From NCBI RefSeq assembly GCF_009914755.1, contig NC_060930.1: a stretch of DNA of 64,000 bases, one strand, 5' to 3'. This stretch comes from the human T2T-CHM13v2.0 reference genome, Homo sapiens. Below are positions 1 to 13,400 of the stretch, one piece after another (the first letter of the stretch is position 1; every line of letters begins with the position of its first letter). A program made the position numbers and the translations under genes. The notes beneath the pieces are model-generated. The model had not been told where the DNA came from. It searched no databases and was given only the letters and a program-made list of their open reading frames with translations.

Positions 1-872
1 GCAACTTCACAGAAAGAAGAAAGAAAAAGGGGCTATGCGACATTAAAAGGAACCTCTCGTCTATCTTCCAAAGTTAATAACGCTATGGTAAATGTTGTGA
101 CAACGTATTGCATGTCATAAAAATAATATATGTATACATATTCAATAAGAGTGGAGAATCCACAAACATTATATTATTGAGATTTATGGCAGCCCAGACA
201 ATTAAGAGCTAGAATATTAGAAATGAGTTCCTTCAAGAAATTTGGGGCTGAGGAGCCCAGTACAGGAAGGCTTTCTGGCAATGTTGCCAAAGCATCTACA
301 TTAAACTTGCATAAACATTGAGAATAGTGAAACCACATGGCCTTGACTTCTGCTTCTGAAGATGTGTTAAGTCAGGTGAGCTAAAGCTCAAGAGCCACTC
401 CCTCACCTCAAAACTATGAGAACAAGAACAAGGAGGCCAAAACTGTTTTCCCCTATCTTCCTTTCTAAACACAATCAGAAACCCTGGAAATAATGCAAGA
501 AGCAACCAAAGGGGAACTCTGAAGGTAGAAAGAGGAAGAACTGGTGAGGAGCCCAGGACCAGGAGAACAGAACACAAAGCAGCAGAATGTCCAGGGACCT
601 CCTACCCACCAGAAGACAGTCATCAGGCTTGGCATTTCTGATCCCAACCTGAAAACAGAAGGAGGTCCAGGGCTGCTCCTTCCTTCAGGGATAAAACCTT
701 CTAATCAGTACAAGCAGGCAAGCTGGCACTTTTGTCAAGGAGATGAATCAGAAGCCCCCTGACAAAAAGCTAGCAGTGGACGGCTGTTTCCTCTTTCTAG
801 TACCTAGCTGTCAGTTGCCCTGGCTGCCATGAATATCACTAAAGCATCATTTATTTTTTCACTCTCTGAGAT

Positions 873-925
873 ATGTGTGTGTGTTTGTGTGTGTGTTTGT
901 ATGTGTGTGTGTGTGTGTGTGTGTG
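873..925. repeat. (TG)n microsatellite, interrupted
   Basis: Direct reading: tgtgtgtgtgtttgtgtgtgtgtttgtatgtgtg... Confidence 0.95.
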
Positions 926-1339
926 CATGCCTAATTCCTAAGAAGTCATAAAATCACCATAGTGCCATAGTTCCTTTGTCTGCAGGGAGAGATACTTCCC
1001 TGCTTCACCAAGAGACACTGAGAAGCCAGTCATCACTGACAAAGAGGATTCTCCAGCCACAGCAGCCCAAATGGAGAAAGATCACTTCATCACCAGTTTC
1101 TCTACTCCACCTGGTGGCACCTGGAGGCCTGGCCTGGGGAATGTCCTTCCGCTGCCTCAGGCAGCACCTACAGGGACCAGTGGGAGTCCCAGTAGACTAG
1201 ATAAACCAAACAGATGAAATAGCACCATGGAGGTTCTGCAAACTAAAGTGATACTGTAACCACAGCCCACAAGACATTCCGCAGATAAATCTTGAAAGCA
1301 GTTAGAGCAAAGAGATACATTTCCTATAGGAGTTCACCA

Positions 1340-1590
1340 ATATGGATGACAGCAGAATTTTCATCTGAAAGCCTGGAGACCACAAGGAAGTAGCACAACA
1401 GTTTTCAAACGTGGAAACCAAAAAAGCTGTCAACTGAAAGCTGTGTAGCTGAGAAAACTGTTTTTCCTTTAGGCATGTAGGAGCAATAAAGACATTCTCA
1501 AACTAAGTAAAGCAAATAATTTGTCACTAGCAGAACTTGCATTAAGGAATAGCTCAATGAAACTCCTGAAACAGAAAGAAAATGAGAAAA
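1340..1590 (+). mobile_element. Old L1 (L1M) ORF1 3' fragment
   Basis: gcagaattttcatctgaaagcctggagacc...aataaagacattctca...atttgtcactagcaga resembles decayed L1 ORF1 C-terminal sequence; boundaries approximate. Confidence 0.6.
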
Positions 1591-1639
1591 TGGCAGACGT
1601 TAAGCACTAACATATCAATAATTAATAGTTAAACAAACG

Positions 1640-2165
1640 ATTACATTCATTTCATGGAATATTACTCAACAATGAAAAGAAACACCCTAATGGTACACAC
1701 ATTAATGTGAATGAGTCTCAGAGAAACATGTGGAATGAAAATGTCTAATCCAAAAGGCCACATATTACATGATTTTATCTATATGACATTCTTGAAATGA
1801 CAAAAATTATGAAAATGGAGAACATGTTAGTGGTTGCCAAGGGTTTGTAATGGAACAGGGGAGAGAGTAGGAAAGGATGGAGGTGCATGTGGCTATAAAG
1901 ACAACATGAAGGATCCTTGTGGTGTTGGAATTTTTCTGTGTCTTAATTTTAGTGGAAAGATCATCCTAGATGCACAATAAAAATGCATAGAACTAAACAA
2001 ACACAAAAAGATTAATGGAATGTATTAATGTCAATTGGTTGTGATATTGTATTATGATTTTGCAAGATGTTCCCACCTGAGTAAAGAGTACATGAAATCT
2101 CTCTGGATTATTTCTTAAAATGGCATGCCAATCTATAGTTATCTCAAAATAAAAGGTTTAATTTT
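1640..2165 (+). mobile_element. Old L1 (L1MC/L1ME type) 3' UTR
   Basis: atggaatattactcaacaatgaaaag...gtggttgccaaggg...tgtattatgattttgcaagatgtt, ending in aaataaaa. Confidence 0.7.
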
Positions 2166-3202
2166 TTAAGTGACAGGCAATATGATACGTTTTGGGATAT
2201 GGAAGTAAGCAAAAAGGATTCTGCTCCCATTGACATTATATTTAAAGGTACTGCCAGACACTGTGCTTTCAAATATGTATAGACTTAGAAAAAAGAAACT
2301 ACTAGAACCTACTACAAAGGCTAAATAAAATACATTAAACATCCTTACAATTGAGGATGAGCAATTTCTTATGAACATACTTGAGCTTATAAGAAGTTGC
2401 TCTCCCCAGGGGATGCACAGACCAGATTGATAAGGACACACCCCTATCACATGCACCTTGTGAGTGCCTGCTGATGCTAGGACTCAGGACTCAGGATTTT
2501 AATATCCATATATCCAAGTGGGGATGGCAGGTAAACACTTGTTTCTGTACAAGTGTGTAGGTCATATATAGTCGGAACCAAACACATACGAAAATAAATG
2601 AGCCAGAAAAAATTGTTTTCTCCAATGAATAGAAGAGAAAATCTAACTAAGTCCATCTCAACCTTGAGTGAAGTAGGGAAATAAAACATTTCTTAGATAT
2701 TTAAAATACTGCTAAGACCTCACCTGGGGGTGAAACTTATACTACCAGAATTATCCAGGATTCCAAGATCAAGAAATAAAGTGCTTCTGAATTAATAGCC
2801 CTCTAGGACAACCTGAAGAAACAAACTCAACAGCTTTTGAAGGAAAGCACTCTCTACCACACCCTTCATATGATAAAGCTCAAAATTCAAATAGTATACA
2901 CCTCTTTCAGATTTAAAGGCAACAGAAACAAAAGTAAAAAGTATAGCACCCAAACACTACAGCTAATGGGATTTCCAATTATCAAATATGAAATAACTAT
3001 GTTTATAAAGTTAAGCCTTATAAACATAGTTATTTTATATTTGATATTATATTGATTTACATGTTTAAGTTTAATAAAAAGATAATTCAAAGAATTTAGA
3101 AAAGAGTTCAAATATAAATATCTAGGCAAGTTGAATATGTATTTGATGAAATTTTTTAGAAGCCAAATTAAGAGAAAAATAGTGACATGAAAATGGGTCT
3201 TC

Positions 3203-3533
3203 GGCGGGGCATGAAGGCTCACACCTGTAATCCCAGCACTTTGAGAAGCCGAGGCGGGTGGATCATCTGAGGTCAAGAGTTCGAGACAACTCTGGCCAAT
3301 ATGGTGAAACCCCATCTCTACTAAAAATACAAAAATTAGCCAGGCATGTTGTCAGGCGCCTGTAATCCTGGCTAATTGGGAGGCTGAGGCAGGAGAATAG
3401 CTTGAACCCAGGAGGTGGAGGTTGCAGTGAGGTTGTAGTGAGCCAAGACCACACTATTGCATTCCAGCCTGGGCAACAAGAAGGAAATCCATCTCAAAAA
3501 AGAAAAGAAGAAAAGAAAAGAGAAAAAGAAAAG
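3203..3533 (+). mobile_element. AluS (Sp/Sq-like)
   Basis: Both arms, A-rich linker, ggcaacaaga near the 3' end, GAAAA-type tail; internal 11-bp tandem duplication at 3420-3441. Confidence 0.95.
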
Positions 3534-3549
3534 GAATCTTTAGAAATTA

Positions 3550-5347
3550 CAGCAAGCTGCCTACAACAGACCCACCCAATGGGTAGACAGTCACAGACTC
3601 AAAGTAAAGAGGTGAAAAAAAAGGCATGCTACGAAAACAGAAAACAAAAATGAACAGGAGTTGCCATGCTTATATTAGATAAAACGGACTGTAAAATAAC
3701 AACAGTAAAAACAAAAAAGACAAAGGTTATTATACAGTGATAAGAGGTTTGATTCAACAAGAAGATATAACTATTCTAAATATGTATGCACCCAACACTG
3801 GAGCACTCAGATTCATTAAACAAATATTACTAGACCTAAGAAAAGAGACAGACAGCAATACAATAATACTGTGGAATTTCAGCATCCCAGTCATAGCACT
3901 AGACAGATCATCAACCAAGAATCTCTGGGCTTAAACTGCACTCTAGACCAAACGGACCTACCAGATATTTACAGATTATTTTATTTAAAGCAATAAATAT
4001 ACATTTTTGAGACATTCTCCAAAATAGACCATATGCTTAGCCATAAACCAAGTCTCAAAAAACTCAAAAGAAATCAAAGTCCTATCAAGTATCTTCTCAG
4101 ACTACAATGGAATAAAATTAGAAATCAATACCAAGAGAAACTCTCAAACCTATACAAACACATAGGAAATAAACAACTTTCTCCTGAAGAATTTTTGGGT
4201 AAGTGACAAAATTAAGGCAGTAGTCAAAAAAAAGTTTGAAATGAATGAAAATAGAGATATACCAAACCCTCTAGGACACAGCAAAAACAGTGCTAAGAGG
4301 AAAGTTTATAGTGTTAAACGCCTCTATCAAAAAGGTAGAAAGATCTCAGATTAACTACCTAACATCACATTTCCACAACTAGAAAAACAAGAACAAACCA
4401 AACTCAAAGCTGGAAACATTAGAGCAGAACTAAAATAGATAGAGACCAAAAAATAAGGGACAAAGGATCAATGAAATAAAATATTGGTTCTTTGAAAAGA
4501 TAAACAAAATTGATATCCCAATAGCTAGATTAACCAAGAAAAAAAGAGAGAAGATTCAAATAAGCACAATTAGAAATAATAAAGGGGGCATAACACCTGA
4601 TACCACAGAAATATAAAAGATCATCAGAATATGCTACAAACATCCTCATGTGCACACACTGGGAAACCTAGAGGACATGGATAAACTCCTGGAAACATAC
4701 AACCTCCCAAGACTGAACCAGGAAAACAAACAAACAAACAAACAAAAACAAACAAACCCTCTAATAGACCAATAACAAGTAAAGAAATTAAAGCCATTGT
4801 AAAAAATCTTCCAGCAACAAAAAAACCCACTAGACAGAATCACAGCCAAATTTTTCTAGACATACAAAAGTGAGTTGGTACCAATCCTACTGAAACTATT
4901 CCAAAAGATCAAGCAGGAGGGAATCCCCTACCTTATTCTTTGATACCAGTCTTACTCTGCTATCAAAATTAGACGAGGGCACAATTAAAGAACGAAATAG
5001 ACAAATATTCCTCATGAATATATATGCAAAAATCTTCAATAAAATACTAGCAAACAAAATCCAACACCACATCAAAGAGATAATATACCATGATCAAGTG
5101 AAATTTATCCTAGGAATGCAAGGATGGCTCAACATATACAAAACAATAAATGAATTCACCACATCATAAACAAAATTTAAAACAAAAACCACATGATTAT
5201 CTCAATAAATGCAGAAAATGTATTTGATAGAATCTAACCTCCATTCAGGATAAAAACAACCATAAAAATGCAGACATTGAAGAAACATATCTCAAAATAA
5301 CAAAAGCCATATATGACAAACCTACAGCCCGCATCATACTGAATGGG
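3550..5347 (+). mobile_element. L1 ORF2 fragment (endonuclease to start of RT), decayed
   Basis: ORF 3737-3934 'GLIQQEDITILNMYAPNTGALRFIKQILLDL' is L1 endonuclease; downstream Z/RT-like sequence with many stops; (AAAC)n at ~4723-4757. Confidence 0.93.
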
Positions 5348-5524
5348 CTGCAGTTCAATCTGAGCCTGAATATCCCTCCACCCCAGTGCCATAGATCTCA
5401 CAGAATTATTGTTAGAATTAAATTATGCACAATTATATATTAAACATATCATATATTATTATATGCATATATTATCTAAATTAATTTTCCTAATATTCAC
5501 ATCAATTTGTATTTTAATACAACA

Positions 5525-5655
5525 TATAAGAAAATTGGAGCACCTAGGGATTAAGTAACTTGCTCAAGGTCATACAGTTAGTAACAGACAAAGCCAAAAT
5601 TTGAAACAAGCAGTTTACATCCATAACTCATGCTGTTAATCATAATACATATGGC
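5525..5655 (+). mobile_element. MIR SINE fragment
   Basis: Core-like gattaagtaacttgctcaaggtcatacagttagtaa...atttgaa. Confidence 0.75.
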
Positions 5656-5664
5656 CTCTCAATA

Positions 5665-6790
5665 AATGCAGAAAACTTTTATAAAGTTCAGCTCCATTCA
5701 TTGTTTCAATATGACTTGTATTTTAAATAAACTAGAAATACAGGAGAGTTTATTTACTAACTACACATAGGTAATTTCTACCAAAAAAAAAGCATATGAA
5801 ATGGTGAAATAGTAGATGGCTTCCTTTAAAATCATAAGAAACAATGCATAATATTAGCACTTCTGTTCAAATTAATTTGAGGACTAGCATTTCAGTAACA
5901 CCAAAGTTAAATAAATAAATGTGTAGATATAAGAATCATGAATAAAATATCAAAAGTGTCATTATGTGTATAATTTTTTTGAAAAATCACAACAGTATCT
6001 ACAGAAAAATTTCAAAACTAACATCAATTCAGAAATTGATGAAAAAATAAATATATAAAATCTACTTGTTCCACATCTAATCATAATGGAGCAATCAGAA
6101 GTAGGCTTATTCTTCTGCCCTGAGTATTTGAAAAACTGCCCAAAATAAATAAAATGCTTGTTTGTAGACATTGAGAAACATGCAGTGCAGGACTGTAAAC
6201 CACCACCCCCCATCCCTGACACACACAATATTGCGATCCCTTTTAGCCTGAAGACACATTTTCAACTACGGTGAAGGGTAATGGTCCCAAGCAGAGATCA
6301 CTGGACTTGCTGAGTAGACAAGATAATAAATCTCAGTTCAGAGAGGCTGTGATGGCTGTCAATTGTGGGGCAGATTTTTGGAGAAAAAGGAGCTACACAG
6401 AAAAGAAGCTCTAGAAATCTTCAGAGACCTCCTTGTGTCTTTCCTGACATCAAGCTGCACATGCATAAGGAAATATTCCATGAGTCCAGAAAAAGGAACT
6501 ACCAAGGAACTCAAGTCTACCCTAACAAAATTTGGTAACAACTCTCAAAAGGATAAAGCTAACCAAAAATGTAACTCCCTACCAAAAATCTTTAAAAGAA
6601 AAAAGAGTCACGCAATCGACAACCAAAAAAATCAGAATGTCTGATAGTAAACCAGTATTTATTAAACAAAAGTAGAAGCAGAGAAATATGATCCATACTC
6701 ATGAGAGGGAGAAAAGTCAATCAATAGAAACAGAAGCAGAAGTGGCAGATGTGTTAGAATTTACAAAGGAGTTTTAAATGACTATTACAA
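5665..6790 (+). mobile_element. Old L1M fragments (ORF2 relic, then 5'/ORF1-like relic)
   Basis: ctcaataaatgcagaaaa; aaagtcaatcaatagaaacaga...gttagaatt...actattacaa are typical decayed L1 motifs. Confidence 0.5.
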
Positions 6791-6792
6791 AA

Positions 6793-7164
6793 TGAAATGT
6801 CCCAGCAAAGCTGTCTCTTGTGGGGAAAGTCAACATTCTGTAGAGAATCTCCTTCCCTTTCCAGGCCTTTTTCCTTATCCAGGAGAGAATTAACTAAAAG
6901 TCTGGTACCTTGTTAAGTCTGATAAGAAACATTTACAATCTATTCTCTCTGAAGCCTGCTACCTGGAAGCTTCATCTACATAATAAGAATGTTGGTCTCC
7001 AACACCCCTTACCTTAACCCAGCCACTCCCTTCTATTGGTTCCAGGTCTTTATATAAACTTTCAATCAACTGACAATCAGACAATCTTTGAATCCAACTT
7101 TGACCAGTAAGCTTCCCCGCTTTGATTTGCCCCATCTTTCTGGACCAAAACAATGTGCATCTTA
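6793..7164 (+). mobile_element. MER4-family LTR fragment (ERV1)
   Basis: tctgataagaaacatttacaatctattctctctgaagcctgctacctgga; this is the approximate reverse complement of the MER4 copy near 61.6 kb. Confidence 0.7.
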
Positions 7165-9500
7165 CTGATACAGGAGTTAAGAAGAAATTACTTAGGCAGA
7201 TAGTGAGGGTATAGAAATCCTCAGCAAGTGCTTCCTTTTAATGAAAAGCAGTCCCAAATCATTTTCCTTTCTAGCAAAGAGCCCCCTGGATCTCCAATTT
7301 TTCTATGGTAATTTCCTCCTTTCCTGTCTGCAATCACAATACCTCCTATCCTCTCTGTGTCGGGAAGTTTTACAGTTCAGGGAAGTAATCTCTTTTGGCA
7401 AGATCAGGGAACGTTGTAGTAACCAGAGATATAGGTCAAGGGAAAGAGTCTTTGTGATTTTCTAGGAACAGAGGGTACCCAAACCCCCAACACAGTGAGT
7501 GTCACTCTCCGCCCTTGGTCTGGAGAGCACATGGCATTCGCAGGTCTCTCTGCTCTTGGTCTGAAGAGCACATGGCATGTCAAGGTCACTCTGCCCTTGT
7601 TCCGGAGCGCACATGGCATTTCAAGGTCAACAGCGCCACCTAGTGGACTAGCGACCCTCTCCATGAGGCACATTGTTGGTCCATTACCAAAACACCTAGC
7701 TTCCCAATTATCTTCCCCTTTTGCATCTCTCTACTAGAAACCAGACTTCATGCTGCTTCTCTGAATGGGAAAATTCTGCCTTCAACAATTAGGAGTAAAA
7801 TATACTCCGAAGCCAAATTTTAGTCTTGACACTGTAACATCAGCAGGAAAATGGTTATTTTGTTCCAATATTCTTTTAGGGTACCAATTCAGCCTCCAAT
7901 GAGAATGGCACTTAATAAATAAGTGGATTCTAAGTCAGGAAGTTAACCAGAACCATTCTCTAAGGGTAAATGCTTTAACACGAGCCATAATAGCAGGATA
8001 TAGAGTTCAATCTGCCATGCCCCCTCCATTAAAGGGGCCTGGTCAACTATTACATAGTTTTTTTGAGATCCATTTTACAGGAAGCCACCCAGGTCACAAA
8101 AGTCCAGGAAGTCAAAGGGAAATCACAGACAGAGGACTAGAGTCACTTGGGTGAGCTTGACTAATCCCAGTTGCTTAGTTCCTCTGGTTCAATGGTTGGG
8201 GGTCATTCCTGCAACCACAGGTGGTACATTCAACAAGGTGCCTGGACCCAGAAACCATGGAGGGAAAGCAGCAGCGGGGATGCCCCCACTGTCTTCCCCT
8301 CTGCCCTGAGTCACACCAAAAGGAAAGAGACTAAAGGGATGACTTTTTATCACTTCTCTTTCTAGAGGGGTAACGTATCATCTTCGGCTTGCATCCCTCT
8401 GGAGGGCATTCTGAAGCATGAGGACTCCTTTGACTCTGAAACTTTAAAGAAAAAGTGGCTCATTTGCTTTGGTACAAAGGCCCGGCCTCCTTACTAGAAC
8501 TTCGCAGGCATTACAAAATCAACCCACCACTTTTCATAGTCATATCAAAAGCCTATAAAGAATGATTCTGCAAAGTTAGAGAAGCAACTTCCAGGGGAAT
8601 CATTTGAGGATCTCCCTTAGTTTGGGCTCCCTCAAGTTCCCTTCTCATTACAGGACCTTAGGGAAATAAAGGGAGACTTAGGCTGATTTTCTAATGACCC
8701 TGATATTTATATAGAAGCTTTCCAAAATTTAAATCAGGTGTTTGACCTCCCATGAAGGGATTTTTGCTGCTTCTAAGCCAAACTCTAACTGCAGGTGAAA
8801 AACAGGCAGTCCTGCAGGCTGCAGAGGATTTCGGAGATGAGCAGTATGTCTCCTATAATAGGCAAAAAGGGAAAAGAGAAAATCGGGAAGGTGAAGAAAT
8901 AGGGGAAACACCACTGCTGATAGGAAGCGAAGTAGTACCTCTTGACAACTCTAATTGGAACCCCCCTCCCCGGACTTTTCTCTGGTATTTTTCCTTCTTT
9001 CATAGTTTCAAATGCTTCTATCTTCTTTTACAATGTTCTTCCAATCTGGAAAAAGTTAATTTTCGAAACCTTAAAATGCTTGGTTTAGAGGAAAGGGAAC
9101 CCAGAAGCCTGACATGCCAGCAAAATGGTAAAAATTTCTTACCAGTCAGGCTTTTGTCTTCTCTCTCCCTGTGCAATCTGGTAAAAGGGATAATAAGGAT
9201 CATTGTTTATATTCTCTATTAAGTTTTAATTAATGAAAAAGGATTTGTGAGGTTGGTCTTAAGCTGTAGCCAATCTGGTGTGTATTGTGTGACTTTCTGC
9301 ATAGTTCTGTCAAAAAAAAGGGTACCTTAGGTTAGCATGCAGAGTCAGAACCCCATAAGCCTGCTATTCAAGCCAGCCCAACAAAATGGTCAGTAACAAA
9401 CTTGGATACAGGCCTCCATCTTGTTTCGTGTCCTTGGGAATATGACCTGTAACCGCCTGTTTAATACTTTGTTTTAGTCTCTGCCATTTTACAATGGTCA
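7165..9500 (+). mobile_element. Truncated ERV1 (MER61/MER4-group): short 5' LTR piece, leader and gag relic
   Basis: Starts tgatacaggagttaagaagaaattacttaggcagatag (MER61-like start, from recall); contains gag relics; no pol and no 3' LTR. Confidence 0.7.
8363..8962 (+). pseudogene. gag: ERV9/HERV-W-like gag relic (MA and N-terminal CA)
   Basis: Translates as 'PLEGILKHEDSFDSETLKKKWLICF' (compare HERV-W PLRCILENWEQFDPQTLRKKRLIFF), 'VPFSLQDLREIKGDLG*FSNDPDIYIEAFQNL' and 'LLLSQTLTAGEKQAVLQAAEDFGD'. Confidence 0.85.
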
Positions 9501-9511
9501 CTGTTTTTTGT

Positions 9512-9795
9512 TTTCTTCACAGAAAAATTAAGAGGAAGGTACAAGTATTTCCCATCTACTCCCTTCCCCCACACATGCACAACCTCCCCCCACTATCCAC
9601 ATCTGCCACCGTGGTGCACGTGTCGCAGTCAATGAGCCTACCGTGACACATCCAAGGTCGACTGTGCACACCAAGGCTGACTCTTGGTGTTGTACATCCT
9701 ATGGGTTTGCACAGAGGCATAATGACATGTGTCCACCATTGTAGTATCATACAGAAGAGTTTCACTGCCCTAAAAATACTCTGTGATCCACCTAT
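9512..9795 (-). mobile_element. L1MC-type 3' end
   Basis: cacagaaaaattaagaggaaggtaca...ccattgtagtatcatacagaagagtttcactgccctaaaaat. Confidence 0.8.
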
Positions 9796-10056
9796 AGTAC
9801 ATCAGTTTTCATTTAAATAAAAGACATTTTTCCTAAAATAATTTAGGTTGAGAATGGATATATCATAACATTCTGGGAGCCCACAAACGAAGAAGTAACT
9901 GACAATTGGTAATGGAATTAAACCAGTAGATTGCTTTTGAGATGGTGCTGATTGTCTGCCCTTTGGTGCAGCATTGCCACCTACGACTGAAATTGCTGCT
10001 CCCCGACCCCATCTCTAAGCATTTGCTTCTCTAACTTTCTCATAAGAAAACAAGTA

Positions 10057-10429
<373 letters not shown>

Positions 10430-13400
10430 TCATATTAAAAAGGGTCACATGTTCCAGATTATCTCAAAAACAATGAGCTCCACTTTAAAGAGTGAGTTGG
10501 GGAGGAAATTGGGCAAAGCAAGTAATGTAGGTCTTTGGAAATCAGCTTAAGAAACAAGAAAATAGGAGACTTCAATGCTATAGGGAGAGGGGCTACCCAG
10601 CCTCCATTCAGCTTTTTTCTTTCTCTCCTCTGAAAATTCCATTGACATTTTCTCCTGGATTTTCTTATTCAGAGACATCAAAGAAGTAACATTTCCTCCC
10701 ACAGATATGTTGTCACGATGTGCAGCTCCTACCCAGCAGATACCCAAAGACAACATTTGGGATCAGGAACCAGTCGTGGCACCAAACATGAATGAAGCCA
10801 GAGCCAAAAAAAGGTATGAGGACTGAGTGCCATCTGGAGGTGACTATGACTTTCCTAGACTAAAGCACTATTTGTGAGGCAAATCCATTTTTGCAACATC
10901 TTCTCAAGGGACCCTTACTTCGAATAATGTGATCATGGTTTCCCTGGAGAGATGCAAATTTGTGATTAAAAGCCCAAACCTCTTCTTACGTGTTTAGGAA
11001 TTTTCCAAGTTATTGAGAATGAGTAACACCAGCATAGAGTCCCTCCTTGCGCTGTCCAAGCATCCACCGGGATATTTATATGCACGAAGACGTCTGTTTC
11101 CTGCACTTTCGTTCCTAACTGGCTCCTAGGGTGGTCCCTGAAGTCGTTGTGGGCCTGCAGGCCTCTACACTAACCAACCTAAATGCCTGATCCTGCCAGT
11201 TGGATGCTGCAGTCTGCTGGCATATGGGCAGTGTTAAAATGGTTAAAACTCTTCCAGGGCTTAGAGGAATTCAGACCACCAGAGCTCCATCAATTAAAAA
11301 CTGATAACACTCATTCTACTTGGGCCTCCTCCAGCACAGCATTCTGCTCTGCCCCATCTCCAGTTGGTTTGACTTGGTACATTTCCTAAACACAAGGGCC
11401 AGGTGTCCAGCACTGCCAAGCTGAATGTCATTTCCATTTTGAATGGAAATTAGCAATTCAAATTTAATTCCACTTTAAATCTTTCAGAATCATTTATAAA
11501 GATAACCTGATTTTCAGCAAAGCTAGACGCTTCTGACAAGAGTTCCCTGCTTGTTGTAGACATTCAATAAATGATGATTGATTTTTTTGAAAATCATCAA
11601 TTCTTTCTACTAGTGATGGTTTGATGATCAATTTTAAGCCTAACTGGAGAATACACCAATTTTATTAGGCTGAGTACAATATTAGCAAGATGATTCAAGT
11701 AAAGAAGTTAATTACCACAAGGCACAATTTCTCAAGACTCAAATTATGTCAAACTAGAGGTATTCATTTTATAGTGTTGATGTCAATAAGCCTCTCTATG
11801 TGTGTTTAGTAATCCTATGCACAGATTGATCTTCTAATATTATCTTCCAAGGTCCAAGAAAAGAAAGCTTGAGCTTTTGGAAACTGTGTAGCTATTAAGA
11901 GCTTTAATTTGAAAGCAGAACCTCCATCTTTACTATCTCTAGGAATTTTTGAATTTAAATGACTTAAAATATCAAACCGGTATACTGACCATTTTCGTTC
12001 CAAGACTCAAATCAATAAACTCTCTAAATCTAATAGTTTCAATAATAGAACTACTCAATCATTCGCTCACAGATATCAGGATGCATGTAATGACAGTCTA
12101 GAGCAGCTTAAAAGATAATTAAATTAACACTGTTCATCTTCCTGAGGACTGCCAGAAAAGATGAGAGAAATAAATAAAAGGTTGAAGACAAACTCCAAAC
12201 TCATTTAGCATGACATTCTCTCTTTTCATAGAATTCCAATGGAAATAAATAGAATACAATCCACAATGATTCTCTAATGCTTTCTCTTCTTTTTACTCTG
12301 ATAATACTGACTGTGGTTAATGGAAAAATAGGATTAATGGAACACCTCTTAAATGCATGCACACATTTTAATGCTCACACAAGACTGCTCCAGGGCGTAA
12401 ATCCAGGCGGTGCCAACCACCTTGTAGTGTGTCGGAATAATATGCCCTGGCGTTGTGCAGCACACAGCACACTTAAAATTTGTATAAGGAAGTAAAAAAG
12501 AAAGAATTCAACCTACAACCAAGTTTCTCTTAGTTCGATTTATAGGACAACAAGATTTTCCTGAATTATCTGATTTTTTATTTATAAAATAAATAGATTT
12601 CCTAAGAATTTTTAACAAATTAAAACATTTCCATTATATTCAAGGTAAAACATCAATAGGTCTTTAATCACAGTTATCAGTACCTATGGTTAAGAATATT
12701 TAACAACAGAACTTTGGAATTTACTGCCTACTAATAACTCTCAGCTCAGAGGAAAAAGTATTTTAAAAATGTAACCCACAGTCTGGTCTTTTAGTCTGAA
12801 TATAAAATATTTAGGGATAAAATAAGAGTTCATAGATACTTTAAAATTCTATTAGTTTTCTTTTGTTAATGTGTCCTAAAGATAGACGACATTAAAAAAA
12901 TTTTAAATACGAGAATAATATTTTGACTTACAAGATCTTATTAAATATTTAGAAATTATCACAAATATATCAGTTTGACCTATAGTTTAATATATGGTGG
13001 TTTAATATATATATATGCGTTTTATTCTACCCATTATAATAAATATAGTCCAGTACCCCTTCCCTTGTAATATGTTTATTTTACATGAAAAAGCTGACAC
13101 AGGATTCATTTCATTATATAATCTTGACTCACTACAAGTAATGAAGAGCCTTATTAATATTAAATATTTTCTCATTAATATACTAAAATCAGAAAAGTCT
13201 GGTCTTTCATGTAAGTGTTTGGAAATCATCACTCCTTTCTAATAAAAAGTCAAAAGCTGAACAAACCGAAAAATCAACAATGCTTCTTACTGTCAGAGAA
13301 ACAAGGCCACAGGGCAAAGCACTGCCCCACGTTGGAGAGACCTACGGGCAGATACAGAGATTGACAGCTGACCAGAGCAGAACCCCCACACAACCAGGGG

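Noticed and set aside
296-1200. Short ORFs and an acceptor-like ttcctttgtctgcag at ~971-985
   Set aside because: No recognisable protein or multi-exon structure. A lncRNA exon cannot be supported without transcript data.
2887-3315. 142-aa ORF
   Set aside because: Antisense Alu translation ([18 protein letters not shown]) running into AT-rich sequence.
11430-11450. Short inverted repeat atttccatt...aatggaaat (similar ones near 41340 and 43592)
   Set aside because: Arms of 7-9 bp are expected by chance in AT-rich DNA.
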